This document shows positions 44,694 to 53,414 of a stretch of DNA of 64,000 nt, piece after piece. The DNA is from a bacterium (GTDB lineage Bacteria; Actinomycetota; Acidimicrobiia; Spongiisociales; Spongiisociaceae), in the NCBI GenBank assembly GCA_026710435.1, contig JAPOQZ010000082.1:19770-83769 (forward strand). The letters are read 5' to 3'. Under the pieces are notes generated by a model. The model was not told the origin of the DNA. It saw only the letters and a list, made by a program, of their open reading frames with translations, and did not search any database. Position 1 is the first letter of the stretch. The number at the start of each line of letters is the position of its first letter. Position numbers and translations under genes: made by a program.

Positions 44694-45700
44694 GTTCTTA
44701 CTCCCTTCTGTCGATCCGTTGCGGGTGGCGCCTCGCCGAGCAGGCCTCGCACCGCCCTCACGATGTCTCCGGAACCGGGTGCGAACGCATCCTCCAACTC
44801 CGGGGCGGCGCCCACCGGGGCGAATGGGGCGCCCAACCGGGCGATCGGAGCGGCCGGGAGGACGCCGGGCGCGGCCTGGAGGCGGGCCACCACCTCGGCG
44901 CCCCCCCCGCCGCTAGTGACGGCCTCGTGGGCGACCACGGCCCGGCCCGTCCGGTTCAGCGAAGCCACCACCGGCGCCAGATCGAGCGGAGCCAGCCACC
45001 GGAGGTCGATCACCTCGCACTCGATCCCGTCCGCCGCCAGGGTGCCTGCCGCTGCGAGCGCGTGGTGGACCATCCTCGAGTAGGAAACGACGGTGACATG
45101 ATCACCGCGGCGTCGCACCACCGACCCGGACGAAGGCTCGTCCCCCGTAACCTCACCCTTCTTCCAGTAGAGACCCCGGTGCTCCACGTACACCACCGGG
45201 TTGTCGTCGGCGATCGCCGTCTCGAGGAGCGTCTTGGCGTCTCCCGGAAAGGCAGGGGCCACCACCTTGAGGCCCGGTGTATGCAGGAACCAGGCTTCGA
45301 GGCTCTGGGAATGGTGGGCTCCGAACCGCCCGCTCACCCCGCCCTGAACCCTCACCGTGAGCGGCACCCGAAGGAGGCCGCCGGTCATGAAACCCAGCTT
45401 GGCGGCATGGTTTACCAACTGGTCCATCGCCAGGGTGGCGAAGTCGACGAACATGATCTCGACGACGGGGCGCAGTCCGGTGGCCGCAGCCCCGGTGGCC
45501 ATCCCCATCACGGTGGCCTCGCTTATCGGCGTGTCGAGGATCCGGTCTTTGCCGAACTCGTCGGCCAGACCCTTGGTGGCGCCGAAGGGACCGCCGTACC
45601 GTACGTCCTCACCGAGCACGATGACCCCCGGATCCGACAGCATGGAGGACCGCAGCCCATGCCTCACGGCCTCGATATACCGGAGCCGTCCGGCCGTCAT
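44690..45700 (-). CDS. 2-oxoacid/acetoin dehydrogenase E1 component beta subunit (pair 1)
   Basis: ILDTPISEATVMGMATGAAATGLRPVV and VIDLRWLAPLD are present. ATGA overlaps occur at both ends. Confidence 0.9.
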   Translation of the reverse strand: MTAGRLRYIEAVRHGLRSSMLSDPGVIVLGEDVRYGGPFGATKGLADEFGKDRILDTPISEATVMGMATGAAATGLRPVVEIMFVDFATLAMDQLVNHAAKLGFMTGGLLRVPLTVRVQGGVSGRFGAHHSQSLEAWFLHTPGLKVVAPAFPGDAKTLLETAIADDNPVVYVEHRGLYWKKGEVTGDEPSSGSVVRRRGDHVTVVSYSRMVHHALAAAGTLAADGIECEVIDLRWLAPLDLAPVVASLNRTGRAVVAHEAVTSGGGGAEVVARLQAAPGVLPAAPIARLGAPFAPVGAAPELEDAFAPGSGDIVRAVRGLLGEAPPATDRQKGVRT

Positions 45701-46656
45701 ACGTACACGTCGCCGGTCGCGTCCGCCGGGTCGGCCGGCGGATCCGCCAGAGCCCGCTCGGCCGCACGGGCGACCATTGCCCGGGCCTCCGCCTCGACCT
45801 CATCGAGGCTCTCCGCCGTTACCCCGGACCCCAGCAGGTGTCTCGAGAAACGGGCGACGGGGTCCTTCTGCTTCCACTCATCCCGTTCGGATAGCTTCCG
45901 GTACCGGGCCGGATCGCCTTCGTAATGACCGCGAAGGCGGTGGGTGAGCACCTCCACGAAGGAAGGGCCGTTCCCTTCCCGGGCTGTGTCGACCGCCCGG
46001 CGGACGGCGGCCTCGACCGCCAGGACATCACCACCGTCGACGGTGACCGCCGGAATGGAGTAGACGGACGCGTAGTCGGCGAGGCGTTCCACCACCGTGT
46101 GGGCGGAGAGCGGAGAGAACTCGACGTATCCGTTGTTCTCGCAGACCAGGACCACCGGCAGCTTCCACAACGCGGCCAGGTTGAGGCTCTCGTGGAACGG
46201 ACCGCTCTGGCCGGCCCCGTCCCCGAAGAAGGCCACCGACACCCGCTTCTCGTTGCGAGTGACGCTGGAGAGGGCCGCACCCAGCGCCAGGGGGATGTTG
46301 CCGGCCACCACCCCGGTGGCGGTTATGAAGCCCACGTCGGGTGCGGAGATGTGCATGGACCCCCCCTTCCCCTTGCAGTAACCGGTGGACCGCCCGGCGA
46401 TCTCGGCCATCAACTTCCGGAGGTCCGCTCCCTTGGCTATGGCGTGGGCGTGGGAGCGGTGCGTGCCGAAAACGTAGTCGCCGGAACGGAGGGCGGCACA
46501 GGTACCGACCGCCGATCCTTCCTGGCCGATCCCGAGATGGATCAGCCCGGCCACCCGGCCGGCGGCGTACAGCTCCGACACCTTCTCCTCGAAGGCCCGT
46601 ACCAGCCACATCCGCTCCAGGATCTCCAGGTCCGTCGTCCGCTCGCTATCTGTCAT
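45697..46656 (-). CDS. TPP-dependent dehydrogenase E1 component alpha subunit (pair 1)
   Basis: The TPP motif is GDGAGQSG...CENN. The ATG at 46656 (MTDSERTT...) lies inside the longer ORF. Confidence 0.9.
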   Translation of the reverse strand: MTDSERTTDLEILERMWLVRAFEEKVSELYAAGRVAGLIHLGIGQEGSAVGTCAALRSGDYVFGTHRSHAHAIAKGADLRKLMAEIAGRSTGYCKGKGGSMHISAPDVGFITATGVVAGNIPLALGAALSSVTRNEKRVSVAFFGDGAGQSGPFHESLNLAALWKLPVVLVCENNGYVEFSPLSAHTVVERLADYASVYSIPAVTVDGGDVLAVEAAVRRAVDTAREGNGPSFVEVLTHRLRGHYEGDPARYRKLSERDEWKQKDPVARFSRHLLGSGVTAESLDEVEAEARAMVARAAERALADPPADPADATGDVYV

Positions 46657-46788
46657 GTGGCCCCGTTCAGGGCGAACCGGAGAGTCGTTCCGGACGGCCA
46701 CATGCCGGTCCGGCCATGACGACCGCTCCCCAGGTCGAGACGAGCCGTTGCCATACGACCCGGGAGCGCGAAAACCGTCCAGACGGGT

Positions 46789-46945
46789 GTCTCCGGCGGG
46801 TCCCACCCCCAGCCGCCACCTCCTAGGCGCCGAACGCGCTCCCCCATCCCGATAAGGGTTGGTTTGACAACTTGATCCTCACCCGATCCGTTCGGCCGGG
46901 GCCGGACCGGGAGTACTTGACGGTTACCCATCAGTATGCAATACG
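46789..46945 (+). repeat. Non-coding repeat family 2, copy B (upstream flank / leader of the E1 operon)
   Basis: The core TCTCCGGCGGGTCCCACCCCCAGCCGCCACCTCCTAGGCGCCGAACGCGCTCCCCCATC plus the box GGTTACCCATCAGTATGCAA match copy A at 39970-40132. Confidence 0.6.
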
Positions 46946-47046
46946 GATATGACAGATACAACCCTTCCGAACTTACCGGGCGCGCTTCCAAGAACCGACT
47001 TCCGGCCCAGCCGGCACTCCAGGGTCGACGCAGCCGTCACCGCGCC

Positions 47047-48822
47047 CTAGATGCCGGTATCGGTAGCGTCAAGGGCCTCCGAATCGCGGAGTTGACGGGT
47101 CTGATCCCGATCAACGGTCATGGTCGCGGTGTCGATCACCACTTTGTAGACCCTCCGGGCATGCTCGGGCGTCACCCACTCGTTCATGACGTCTTCGAGC
47201 ACCTTCTCGGGATCCCGCTCGGTCGGATCCCCCACCCCGCCGCCTCCGCCGCTGACCTTCCCGAGGATCTCCCCGGACTTGATCTGCACCATGCGGTGGG
47301 TTCGGGCGGGGATGATCTCGTCCCCCCGGCGGATGTACATCCTCGACAGGGGACCGTCCTCACCCCCGATCGCTCCCGGCGGCTGGGTGAGATCGCCGTC
47401 CGAGCTACCGGTGGCCACTCCCACGTCACCGCCGACGTTCTCGACCTCCCAGAGCATTCCCGAGCCGCCCCGCCATTGGCCGGCCCCCGACATGTCCGGA
47501 ACGAAGTGGTAGCGCACCGCCCGCCAGGGGAACCGGATCTCGATCTCCTCCACGCTGCCCCGTTGGATCGAGCCGAGGCCGGACATTCCCATCGCCCCTT
47601 CGAACCCGTCGTAGCCCCAGACCGCCCCGGAGCCCCCGTCCGCGTCGGTGGTGGTCTGCACGTAGCGTTCGCCGGTACGGGGGTCGATGCCTGCGATGTA
47701 ATGGCCACGTCGGCGACCCCACCCGGCGATGGCCTTGTCCGGCATGGCCTTCGACAGTGCGTTGACCGTCGCCTCCAACACCTGTGTCCCCACGTTCACC
47801 GGGGATCCACCCACCGTCGCCGGGTACTGGGCGTTGCAGACCGAGCCCTCGGGAGCGACCACCGTGATGGGCCGCATGCTGCCGTCGTTGTGGAATTCGG
47901 AATAGGCCGGATCGAAGTAGAGGAAGCTTCCCGCCACCGCCCGGCTGTAGGTGGACGAGTAGACGCAGTTCACGAAGCCCCGCCGCTGGGCGTCGCTCTC
48001 GGAGAAGTCGAGGATCAACTCGTCACCCTTGATAGTGGCCGCGCACCGCACCCACACCAGTTCGTCGAGCACCGTGCCGTCGTCGTCGGTGGCCGACTCG
48101 CCGTAGTAGGTGCCGTCGGGAACCTCGGCGAGCTGCGCGCGCACGTTGTCCTCCATCCGGTCCAGCATCTCCTCCACAGCATCCTTGACCGTCGGCACGC
48201 CGTACTTGTCGAGCAGCGTGACTATCCGGTTGTCGCACACCTGCAGGGCGGCCATCAGCGCGTAGTTGTCGATCTTGACCCCGTCGGGCCACCGGACGTT
48301 GTTCCAGATGAGCTCCAGCACGTCGGTGCGCTCCCGGCCGCGGTCGTAGATCTTGGTGGGGGGGATCATCAACCCCTCGGCGTGGATGTCGTAGCCGTTG
48401 GGGAAGTAGCCACCTGGGAAAGACCCCCCGGTATCCATCTGGTGCCCCCGGGTCAGGGCGACGAACACCAACTCGTCCTCGTAGAAGATCGGGCGGAAGA
48501 AACCCCAGTCGGGGAGGTGGTTGCAGTAGCCCTTGTAGGGGTCGTTGCAGATGATCACATCGCCCGGATGCAGGTCGTCGCCGAACTTGTCGAGGATGTA
48601 CTCCACCGAGAACTGCTGCGACAGGAACATGGATGTGGGTCCCTCCGGCACCGCGATGGTGCGGGCCTGCGCGTCCCAGATACCGGCCGCCATGTCGTGG
48701 AGCTGGGCCATCAGGTAGTTCTGGGCAGTGCGGTCGATGACGTAGCGCATCTCGCGGCCCATGCTCTGGAACGAGTTCCAGATGGTCGAGAGGGTGATCG
48801 GGTCTACGGTGTCGGGTTTCAT
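47047..48822 (-). CDS. hyuB: Hydantoinase B/oxoprolinase family protein (ATP-dependent lactamase/carboxylase beta-type subunit)
   Basis: The N-terminus DPITLSTIWNSFQSMGREM is typical of HyuB. The product is 591 aa, and an ATGA overlap joins the gene to hyuA. Confidence 0.9.
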   Translation of the reverse strand: MKPDTVDPITLSTIWNSFQSMGREMRYVIDRTAQNYLMAQLHDMAAGIWDAQARTIAVPEGPTSMFLSQQFSVEYILDKFGDDLHPGDVIICNDPYKGYCNHLPDWGFFRPIFYEDELVFVALTRGHQMDTGGSFPGGYFPNGYDIHAEGLMIPPTKIYDRGRERTDVLELIWNNVRWPDGVKIDNYALMAALQVCDNRIVTLLDKYGVPTVKDAVEEMLDRMEDNVRAQLAEVPDGTYYGESATDDDGTVLDELVWVRCAATIKGDELILDFSESDAQRRGFVNCVYSSTYSRAVAGSFLYFDPAYSEFHNDGSMRPITVVAPEGSVCNAQYPATVGGSPVNVGTQVLEATVNALSKAMPDKAIAGWGRRRGHYIAGIDPRTGERYVQTTTDADGGSGAVWGYDGFEGAMGMSGLGSIQRGSVEEIEIRFPWRAVRYHFVPDMSGAGQWRGGSGMLWEVENVGGDVGVATGSSDGDLTQPPGAIGGEDGPLSRMYIRRGDEIIPARTHRMVQIKSGEILGKVSGGGGGVGDPTERDPEKVLEDVMNEWVTPEHARRVYKVVIDTATMTVDRDQTRQLRDSEALDATDTGI

Positions 48823-50990
48823 ATCGCGCCTCCTGAAGGTTCTGCAACCGCTCCGTTGCGGTTCAGGTGGTAGCTGCGCTGGGCGTCGACCGTGGCCACG
48901 AACGATCCCGGGATCACCACGGTCGTGGTCGGTTCCTCGATGATCGCCGGCCCGGCGATACGGTTGCCGGCCTGTAGCCGGCCTCCGTCGAAGACGGGGG
49001 TGGATACCCGCTCGCCCCCGAACCAGCAGTCGCGGTGGGACTTGAGCGCAGCCGACGGGTCGGGTCCGCCCTCGGGGATCCGGTGCAGTTCGAACGGCGC
49101 CTTCGGCACGGTGGCCCGCAGCCGGAAGGTCAGCAACTCCACTCCCTGCCAGGGCATGTTGAACGTGTACAGGTCGTAGTGCTTGGCGTGGAAGTTGTCG
49201 ATCGCTTCCTCGACCGCGTCCAGCATCCGCATCCCGCCCGCATCCCGGAAGACGCTCGCCCGGAAGGTCTTCTCGGCGGCCTCCGTGAGATCCTGGCCGG
49301 GGTCCATCGGCATCTCCACCTCGACTTCGTGGAACTGCCCTATGTAGCGGAGATCGGCGGTGCGGTGGAAGCCGACATCCTCGGCCCGGTATCCCATCTC
49401 CTCGAAACCGGCGACGGCTTCCTGCTCCATGTCTTCGTAGAGCGCTTGCACCTTCTCCGCGTCGAGATCGACGAAGCGGGTGATGTACGAGCGGGCGTAG
49501 TTGCGGCCCACATCCATCGCGAACATCCCGAAGGCTGAATAGGTGGAGGCCACGGACGGCACGATCACATTGGGAAGACCCAGTATGTCGGCGATGAACG
49601 CGGCATGCACCGGACCGGCCCCGCCCCCGGCCACGAGGGTCAGGTCCCGCACGTCTATTCCCCGCCGGGTCGAGACCTCGTTGATCTCATCGGCGGTGAA
49701 CGAACTGACCGCGGTCATGATCGCCTCGGCAGCCTGCTCGAGGGTCATCCCGAGGGGTTCGGCCACCCGGTCCATTATCGCCCGTTCTGCGAGGCCGGAA
49801 TCGAGCTCGATCTCGCCTCCCAGGAAGAAGCCCGGATCGATGTAGCCGAGCGCCAGGTCGGCATCGGTGACGGTCGGTTCCTCCCCGCCCTTCCCGTAGC
49901 AGGCCGGTCCGGGATCGCTCCCTGCCGAGTTCGGGCCCACCCGCAGCAGGCCGAGCGAGTCGACCCAGGCGATCGAGCCGCCCCCGGCGCCGGCCGAGAC
50001 GATGTCCACCATCTTGATGGCCACCCGCTCGTCCTGGACCCATCCCTCGGTCGTGGTGGGGATCTCGCCTCTCATCACCACCCCGATGTCGATGGAGGTT
50101 CCGCCCATGTCGAAGCTGAGAAGGTTCTTGTGGCCCGTCTGGGTGCCGAGGTGTACGGCGCCGGCGGGTGCCGCGGCCGGCCCGGACCCGATCAGGTAGA
50201 CGGCCCGGGGAATGCAGTTCTCGACCGTCTCCACGAGACCGTCCGAGAGCATCATCATCAGGCTGCCTGAGAATCCGTTCCCAGCGAGGCGGTCTTCGAG
50301 GGCCAGCAGGTAGCGCTTCACGGCCGGGCCTGTGTATGCCGACACGGCCAGCGTGGAGAAACGCTCCCATTCCCGCCATACCGGGAGGATCTGCGAGGAG
50401 GTGGTCACGTAGACGCCCTCGCCCAGTTCCTCCTCCACGATCTCGGCGGCTCGTTGCTCGTGGGCGGGGGTGGCGTAGGAGTGCAGGAAACCGATGGCGA
50501 CCGACTCGATGCCTTCCTCGCCGAGCCGGCGGGCCGCCTCCCGCACGTCGTCCTCGTCGAGGGTGGTGAGGACCTCGCCGGTGTACAGGACCCGTTCCTC
50601 CGCCTCGAGCCGGAGGTGCCTCGGTATCAGCGGTTTGTACGGGGGCACGAAGACGTTGTACATGGAGATCCGCACGTTCTTGTAGCCGCGTCGTATCTCC
50701 AGCATGTCCCGGAAGTGCTTGGTCGTGATCATCCCGGTCCGGGCACCGTCCTCGTTGATGAGGGTGTTGGTGGCGAGGGTCGTCCCGTGGATGAGGAGAT
50801 CGACCTGTCCTAGGAAGTCCGGCAGCCCGAGCCCGTAGGCCGTTGCCGCCTTGGCAAGTGCGTCGATGCACCCGACCGAGGGATCGGGCGGGGTGGTAGG
50901 CGCTTTGAACTGGCGGAGGTCGCCGGTCTGCTCGTCGAGAACGAGGCAGTCGGTGAACGTGCCTCCCACGTCGATCGCTACCCGGTACAC
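48819..50990 (-). CDS. hyuA: Hydantoinase A/oxoprolinase family protein
   Basis: The ASKHA N-terminus is YRVAIDVGGTFTD. The product is 723 aa with a GTG start. Confidence 0.9.
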   Translation of the reverse strand: MYRVAIDVGGTFTDCLVLDEQTGDLRQFKAPTTPPDPSVGCIDALAKAATAYGLGLPDFLGQVDLLIHGTTLATNTLINEDGARTGMITTKHFRDMLEIRRGYKNVRISMYNVFVPPYKPLIPRHLRLEAEERVLYTGEVLTTLDEDDVREAARRLGEEGIESVAIGFLHSYATPAHEQRAAEIVEEELGEGVYVTTSSQILPVWREWERFSTLAVSAYTGPAVKRYLLALEDRLAGNGFSGSLMMMLSDGLVETVENCIPRAVYLIGSGPAAAPAGAVHLGTQTGHKNLLSFDMGGTSIDIGVVMRGEIPTTTEGWVQDERVAIKMVDIVSAGAGGGSIAWVDSLGLLRVGPNSAGSDPGPACYGKGGEEPTVTDADLALGYIDPGFFLGGEIELDSGLAERAIMDRVAEPLGMTLEQAAEAIMTAVSSFTADEINEVSTRRGIDVRDLTLVAGGGAGPVHAAFIADILGLPNVIVPSVASTYSAFGMFAMDVGRNYARSYITRFVDLDAEKVQALYEDMEQEAVAGFEEMGYRAEDVGFHRTADLRYIGQFHEVEVEMPMDPGQDLTEAAEKTFRASVFRDAGGMRMLDAVEEAIDNFHAKHYDLYTFNMPWQGVELLTFRLRATVPKAPFELHRIPEGGPDPSAALKSHRDCWFGGERVSTPVFDGGRLQAGNRIAGPAIIEEPTTTVVIPGSFVATVDAQRSYHLNRNGAVAEPSGGAI

Positions 50991-51044
50991 GGTGCTTCCC
51001 GCCGGACGGGCTGCTGAGAGGGGTTCGTTTGATCCATGGGGGGA

Positions 51045-51060
51045 TTGTATACGTTATGCA
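51045..51060 (+). promoter_or_regulatory. TGTATAC-type operator-like box upstream of hyuA
   Basis: TTGTATACGTTATGCA(GAA) lies 54 nt upstream of the hyuA start and is near-identical to the box at 29862-29880. Confidence 0.4.
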
Positions 51061-51207
51061 GAACGCCGGATGTGAGAGCCACCTGCTTGTCCCTGCCCTC
51101 GCGATCCTTCGGTTCGGTGACGAGGACGCTGGAACCGGACATGGCGGCTAGCCGCCTCCGTGCCGGAGGATGGGTTACCGATCCACGCGACGGCCCAGGA
51201 GCCCTTC

Positions 51208-51852
51208 CTACATGGAAGCCAGGAGGTCGTCGCAGGCTTCCTCGAGGTGGCCGGTTACGGCGCGGGCAGCCCCGTCCGGATCACCTCCTTCGATGCAGCT
51301 GCGCACCTGAGAGTGGGCGGCGTGCGACAGGTCGGTGTCCTGCAGCAGGTGGTAGCGGCCTACGTTGTCTCGGAGTTGCATGATGAGCCGATGCATCCGG
51401 GGCCGTCCGGAGTGAGAGTAGAGCACGTCGTAGAACCTGCGCCGGGTAGCCCTTCCCTCGGACGCGTCCCCATGTGAGCTGTCCATGTGCTTGGACAACT
51501 CCAGCACCGCTGCCTTCTCCTGCCTGTCGGCAAGGTTCTGCACCGCGTATCGGATGCAGCGACCTTCAAGCATGATCCGCAGTTCGTATATCTCGGCGAT
51601 GTCGCGCTTGGACAGCGCCGTCACCCAGGCCCCGCGCCGGCCGTCGATCCTCACCAGGGCCTCCTCGCCGAGCCGGCGAAGCGCATCACGCAGCGGGATT
51701 CGGCTCACCCCCAGTTGCCGGGCCAGTTCCGCTTGGGCCAGGCGTTCGCCGGGCATGAGCCGACCGCTGAGAATGGCGTCCCTCAGGGCGGATGTAACCG
51801 CGTCTTCGGCGCTGAGCGGTTCGACAGCCGGAAGTAACGGCGTACCGCTCAC
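51208..51852 (-). CDS. GntR family transcriptional regulator (FadR/FCD-type C-terminal domain)
   Basis: The wHTH is LRDAILSGRLMPGERLAQAELARQLGVSRIPLRDALRRL, followed by a helical FCD-like domain. The start is inferred as the GTG at 51852. Confidence 0.8.
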   Translation of the reverse strand: MSGTPLLPAVEPLSAEDAVTSALRDAILSGRLMPGERLAQAELARQLGVSRIPLRDALRRLGEEALVRIDGRRGAWVTALSKRDIAEIYELRIMLEGRCIRYAVQNLADRQEKAAVLELSKHMDSSHGDASEGRATRRRFYDVLYSHSGRPRMHRLIMQLRDNVGRYHLLQDTDLSHAAHSQVRSCIEGGDPDGAARAVTGHLEEACDDLLASM

Positions 51853-51895
51853 GCCAACGGAAGGTCCTTGGTTGGAGAGTCGACGCGATCCATGG

Positions 51896-51912
51896 CTGCA
51901 TATTGTATGCAG
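51896..51912. promoter_or_regulatory. Inverted repeat CTGCATA-TTG-TATGCAG in the GntR/amidohydrolase divergent region
   Basis: The 7-bp arms are perfect. It lies 44 nt upstream of the GntR start and shares the TATGCAG half-site with the box at 51045. Confidence 0.4.
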
Positions 51913-52007
51913 CAGTGCTCCTGGCGACCCGAACGGGACGGGGTCTTTCGTAGAATGTGCCCCGATATTGGCGGAACAAACCCGCCACGACAGTTGAGGA
52001 CACCGAA

Positions 52008-53414
52008 ATGATTGCCGCAGACCCACCCCGCCGGGGCCACTACGTGATCCGCAACACCACTGCTTTGACCATGGATCCGGCATTTGGGGAACTCAAGGGT
52101 ACGGACATCGAGATCGACGACGGGGTCCTGGTCGCTGTAGGCCACCGGTTGCCCGCCGAAGGAGCCGAAACCATCGACGGGAGCAACTCCATCACCTTGC
52201 CGGGTTTCGTGGATTCGCACTGGCACGTGTGGGGAACGCTTCTCAGAGGGGTGGTGGGTGACGGGAAGAAGCACGGATGGTTCGCCACCAAGGGCAGGCT
52301 GGGAGGCTCTTTCACGTCCGGGGATGTGGCGACGGGGGTGATGCTGGGCATGGCCGAGGGTATCGCCGCCGGGGTCACGACGGTCCACGACTGGTCCCAC
52401 AACATCATGCGGCACAGCGACGCCGAGGCCAACCTCGATGTCCACCGGCGGCTGGGCACCAGGGTGCACTTCTCCTACTCGGCTCCCTCGGCGCATCCCT
52501 CGATGCCCATGGAGAAGATGCGGGCCATTCTCGAGAGAGGCGGCGTGCTGCCCGACGAGGTGATGGACTTCGGAAGTATCGGGCAGATCGCCGAGGACCG
52601 GGTGCCGCAGTCGGAGGAACTCCTGACCCTCGGAGTGGGTGTTCGCGGGCCGGCCCGGTCCACACCAGAGGTCTACCGCAAGGAGTGGGCGCTGGCGAGG
52701 GAGCAGGGATTGACCATATCGATGCACTGCGCCGGGACCCGGGCGGAGGTGCAGCGCATCCACCAGGTCCGGATACTGCACGACGAGGGGCTCCTGGGGC
52801 CCGACATGCTCCTGGCCCATTGCCTCTACATCTCCCAGGCCGAACGGGAGTACCTGGCCGCCAACCGGATCCCGGTGAGCATGAGCCCCATGTCCTCGTT
52901 GAGGTTGGGCATGGGTGCACCACCCGTGACCGGGCACCTCGCCGCCGGGATCTCCGTCAGCCTGTCGCTCGACACCACCGCGATCTCGGCTTGCGCCGAT
53001 GTCTTCGCGGCTATGCGGGTGGCGGTAGGGCTGGAGGCGATCGCCAACCAGGACGCCGAGGCGCTCAGCCCCCGGCGGGCGCTGGAGTTGGCGACGATCG
53101 AAGGAGCGCGGGCCCTTGGTCTTGACCACCTGGTCGGATCGCTCTCGGTGGGCAAACGGGCCGACCTGATGATGGTACGGACCGACGCCCTGAACATGGC
53201 GCCGGTCCATGACCCGGCGGCGGCGATCGTCCATTCGGCCCAGCCGTCCAACATCGACACAGTCATGATCGACGGACGGATCCTGAAGCGCCACGGACGC
53301 TTGACTACCGTCGACCCGGCTGCGGTGGTGCAGGATGCCACCGAGCACCTGGAAGATCTTTGCCGGCGGGCCGGCTACCAGCCTCCGGACGGTGGGCTAA
53401 GGGGTGCGCAATGA
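52008..53414 (+). CDS. Metal-dependent amidohydrolase
   Basis: PGFVDSHWHVWG (HxH) and a late GKRADLMMV are present in a product of about 468 aa. Confidence 0.85.
   Translation: MIAADPPRRGHYVIRNTTALTMDPAFGELKGTDIEIDDGVLVAVGHRLPAEGAETIDGSNSITLPGFVDSHWHVWGTLLRGVVGDGKKHGWFATKGRLGGSFTSGDVATGVMLGMAEGIAAGVTTVHDWSHNIMRHSDAEANLDVHRRLGTRVHFSYSAPSAHPSMPMEKMRAILERGGVLPDEVMDFGSIGQIAEDRVPQSEELLTLGVGVRGPARSTPEVYRKEWALAREQGLTISMHCAGTRAEVQRIHQVRILHDEGLLGPDMLLAHCLYISQAEREYLAANRIPVSMSPMSSLRLGMGAPPVTGHLAAGISVSLSLDTTAISACADVFAAMRVAVGLEAIANQDAEALSPRRALELATIEGARALGLDHLVGSLSVGKRADLMMVRTDALNMAPVHDPAAAIVHSAQPSNIDTVMIDGRILKRHGRLTTVDPAAVVQDATEHLEDLCRRAGYQPPDGGLRGAQ

Noticed and set aside
46657-47046. Possible TPP riboswitch or other known riboswitch in the 390-nt leader of the TPP-dependent E1 operon.
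   Set aside because: Reading the minus strand, I could not find the conserved TPP-riboswitch elements (a CUGAGA-type bulge or the ACCUGAUCUGGAUAAUGCCAGCG-like arm). The conserved part recurs downstream of the operon (39970-40132), which fits a repeat better than a leader-specific riboswitch. A covariance-model scan is needed for a definitive answer.
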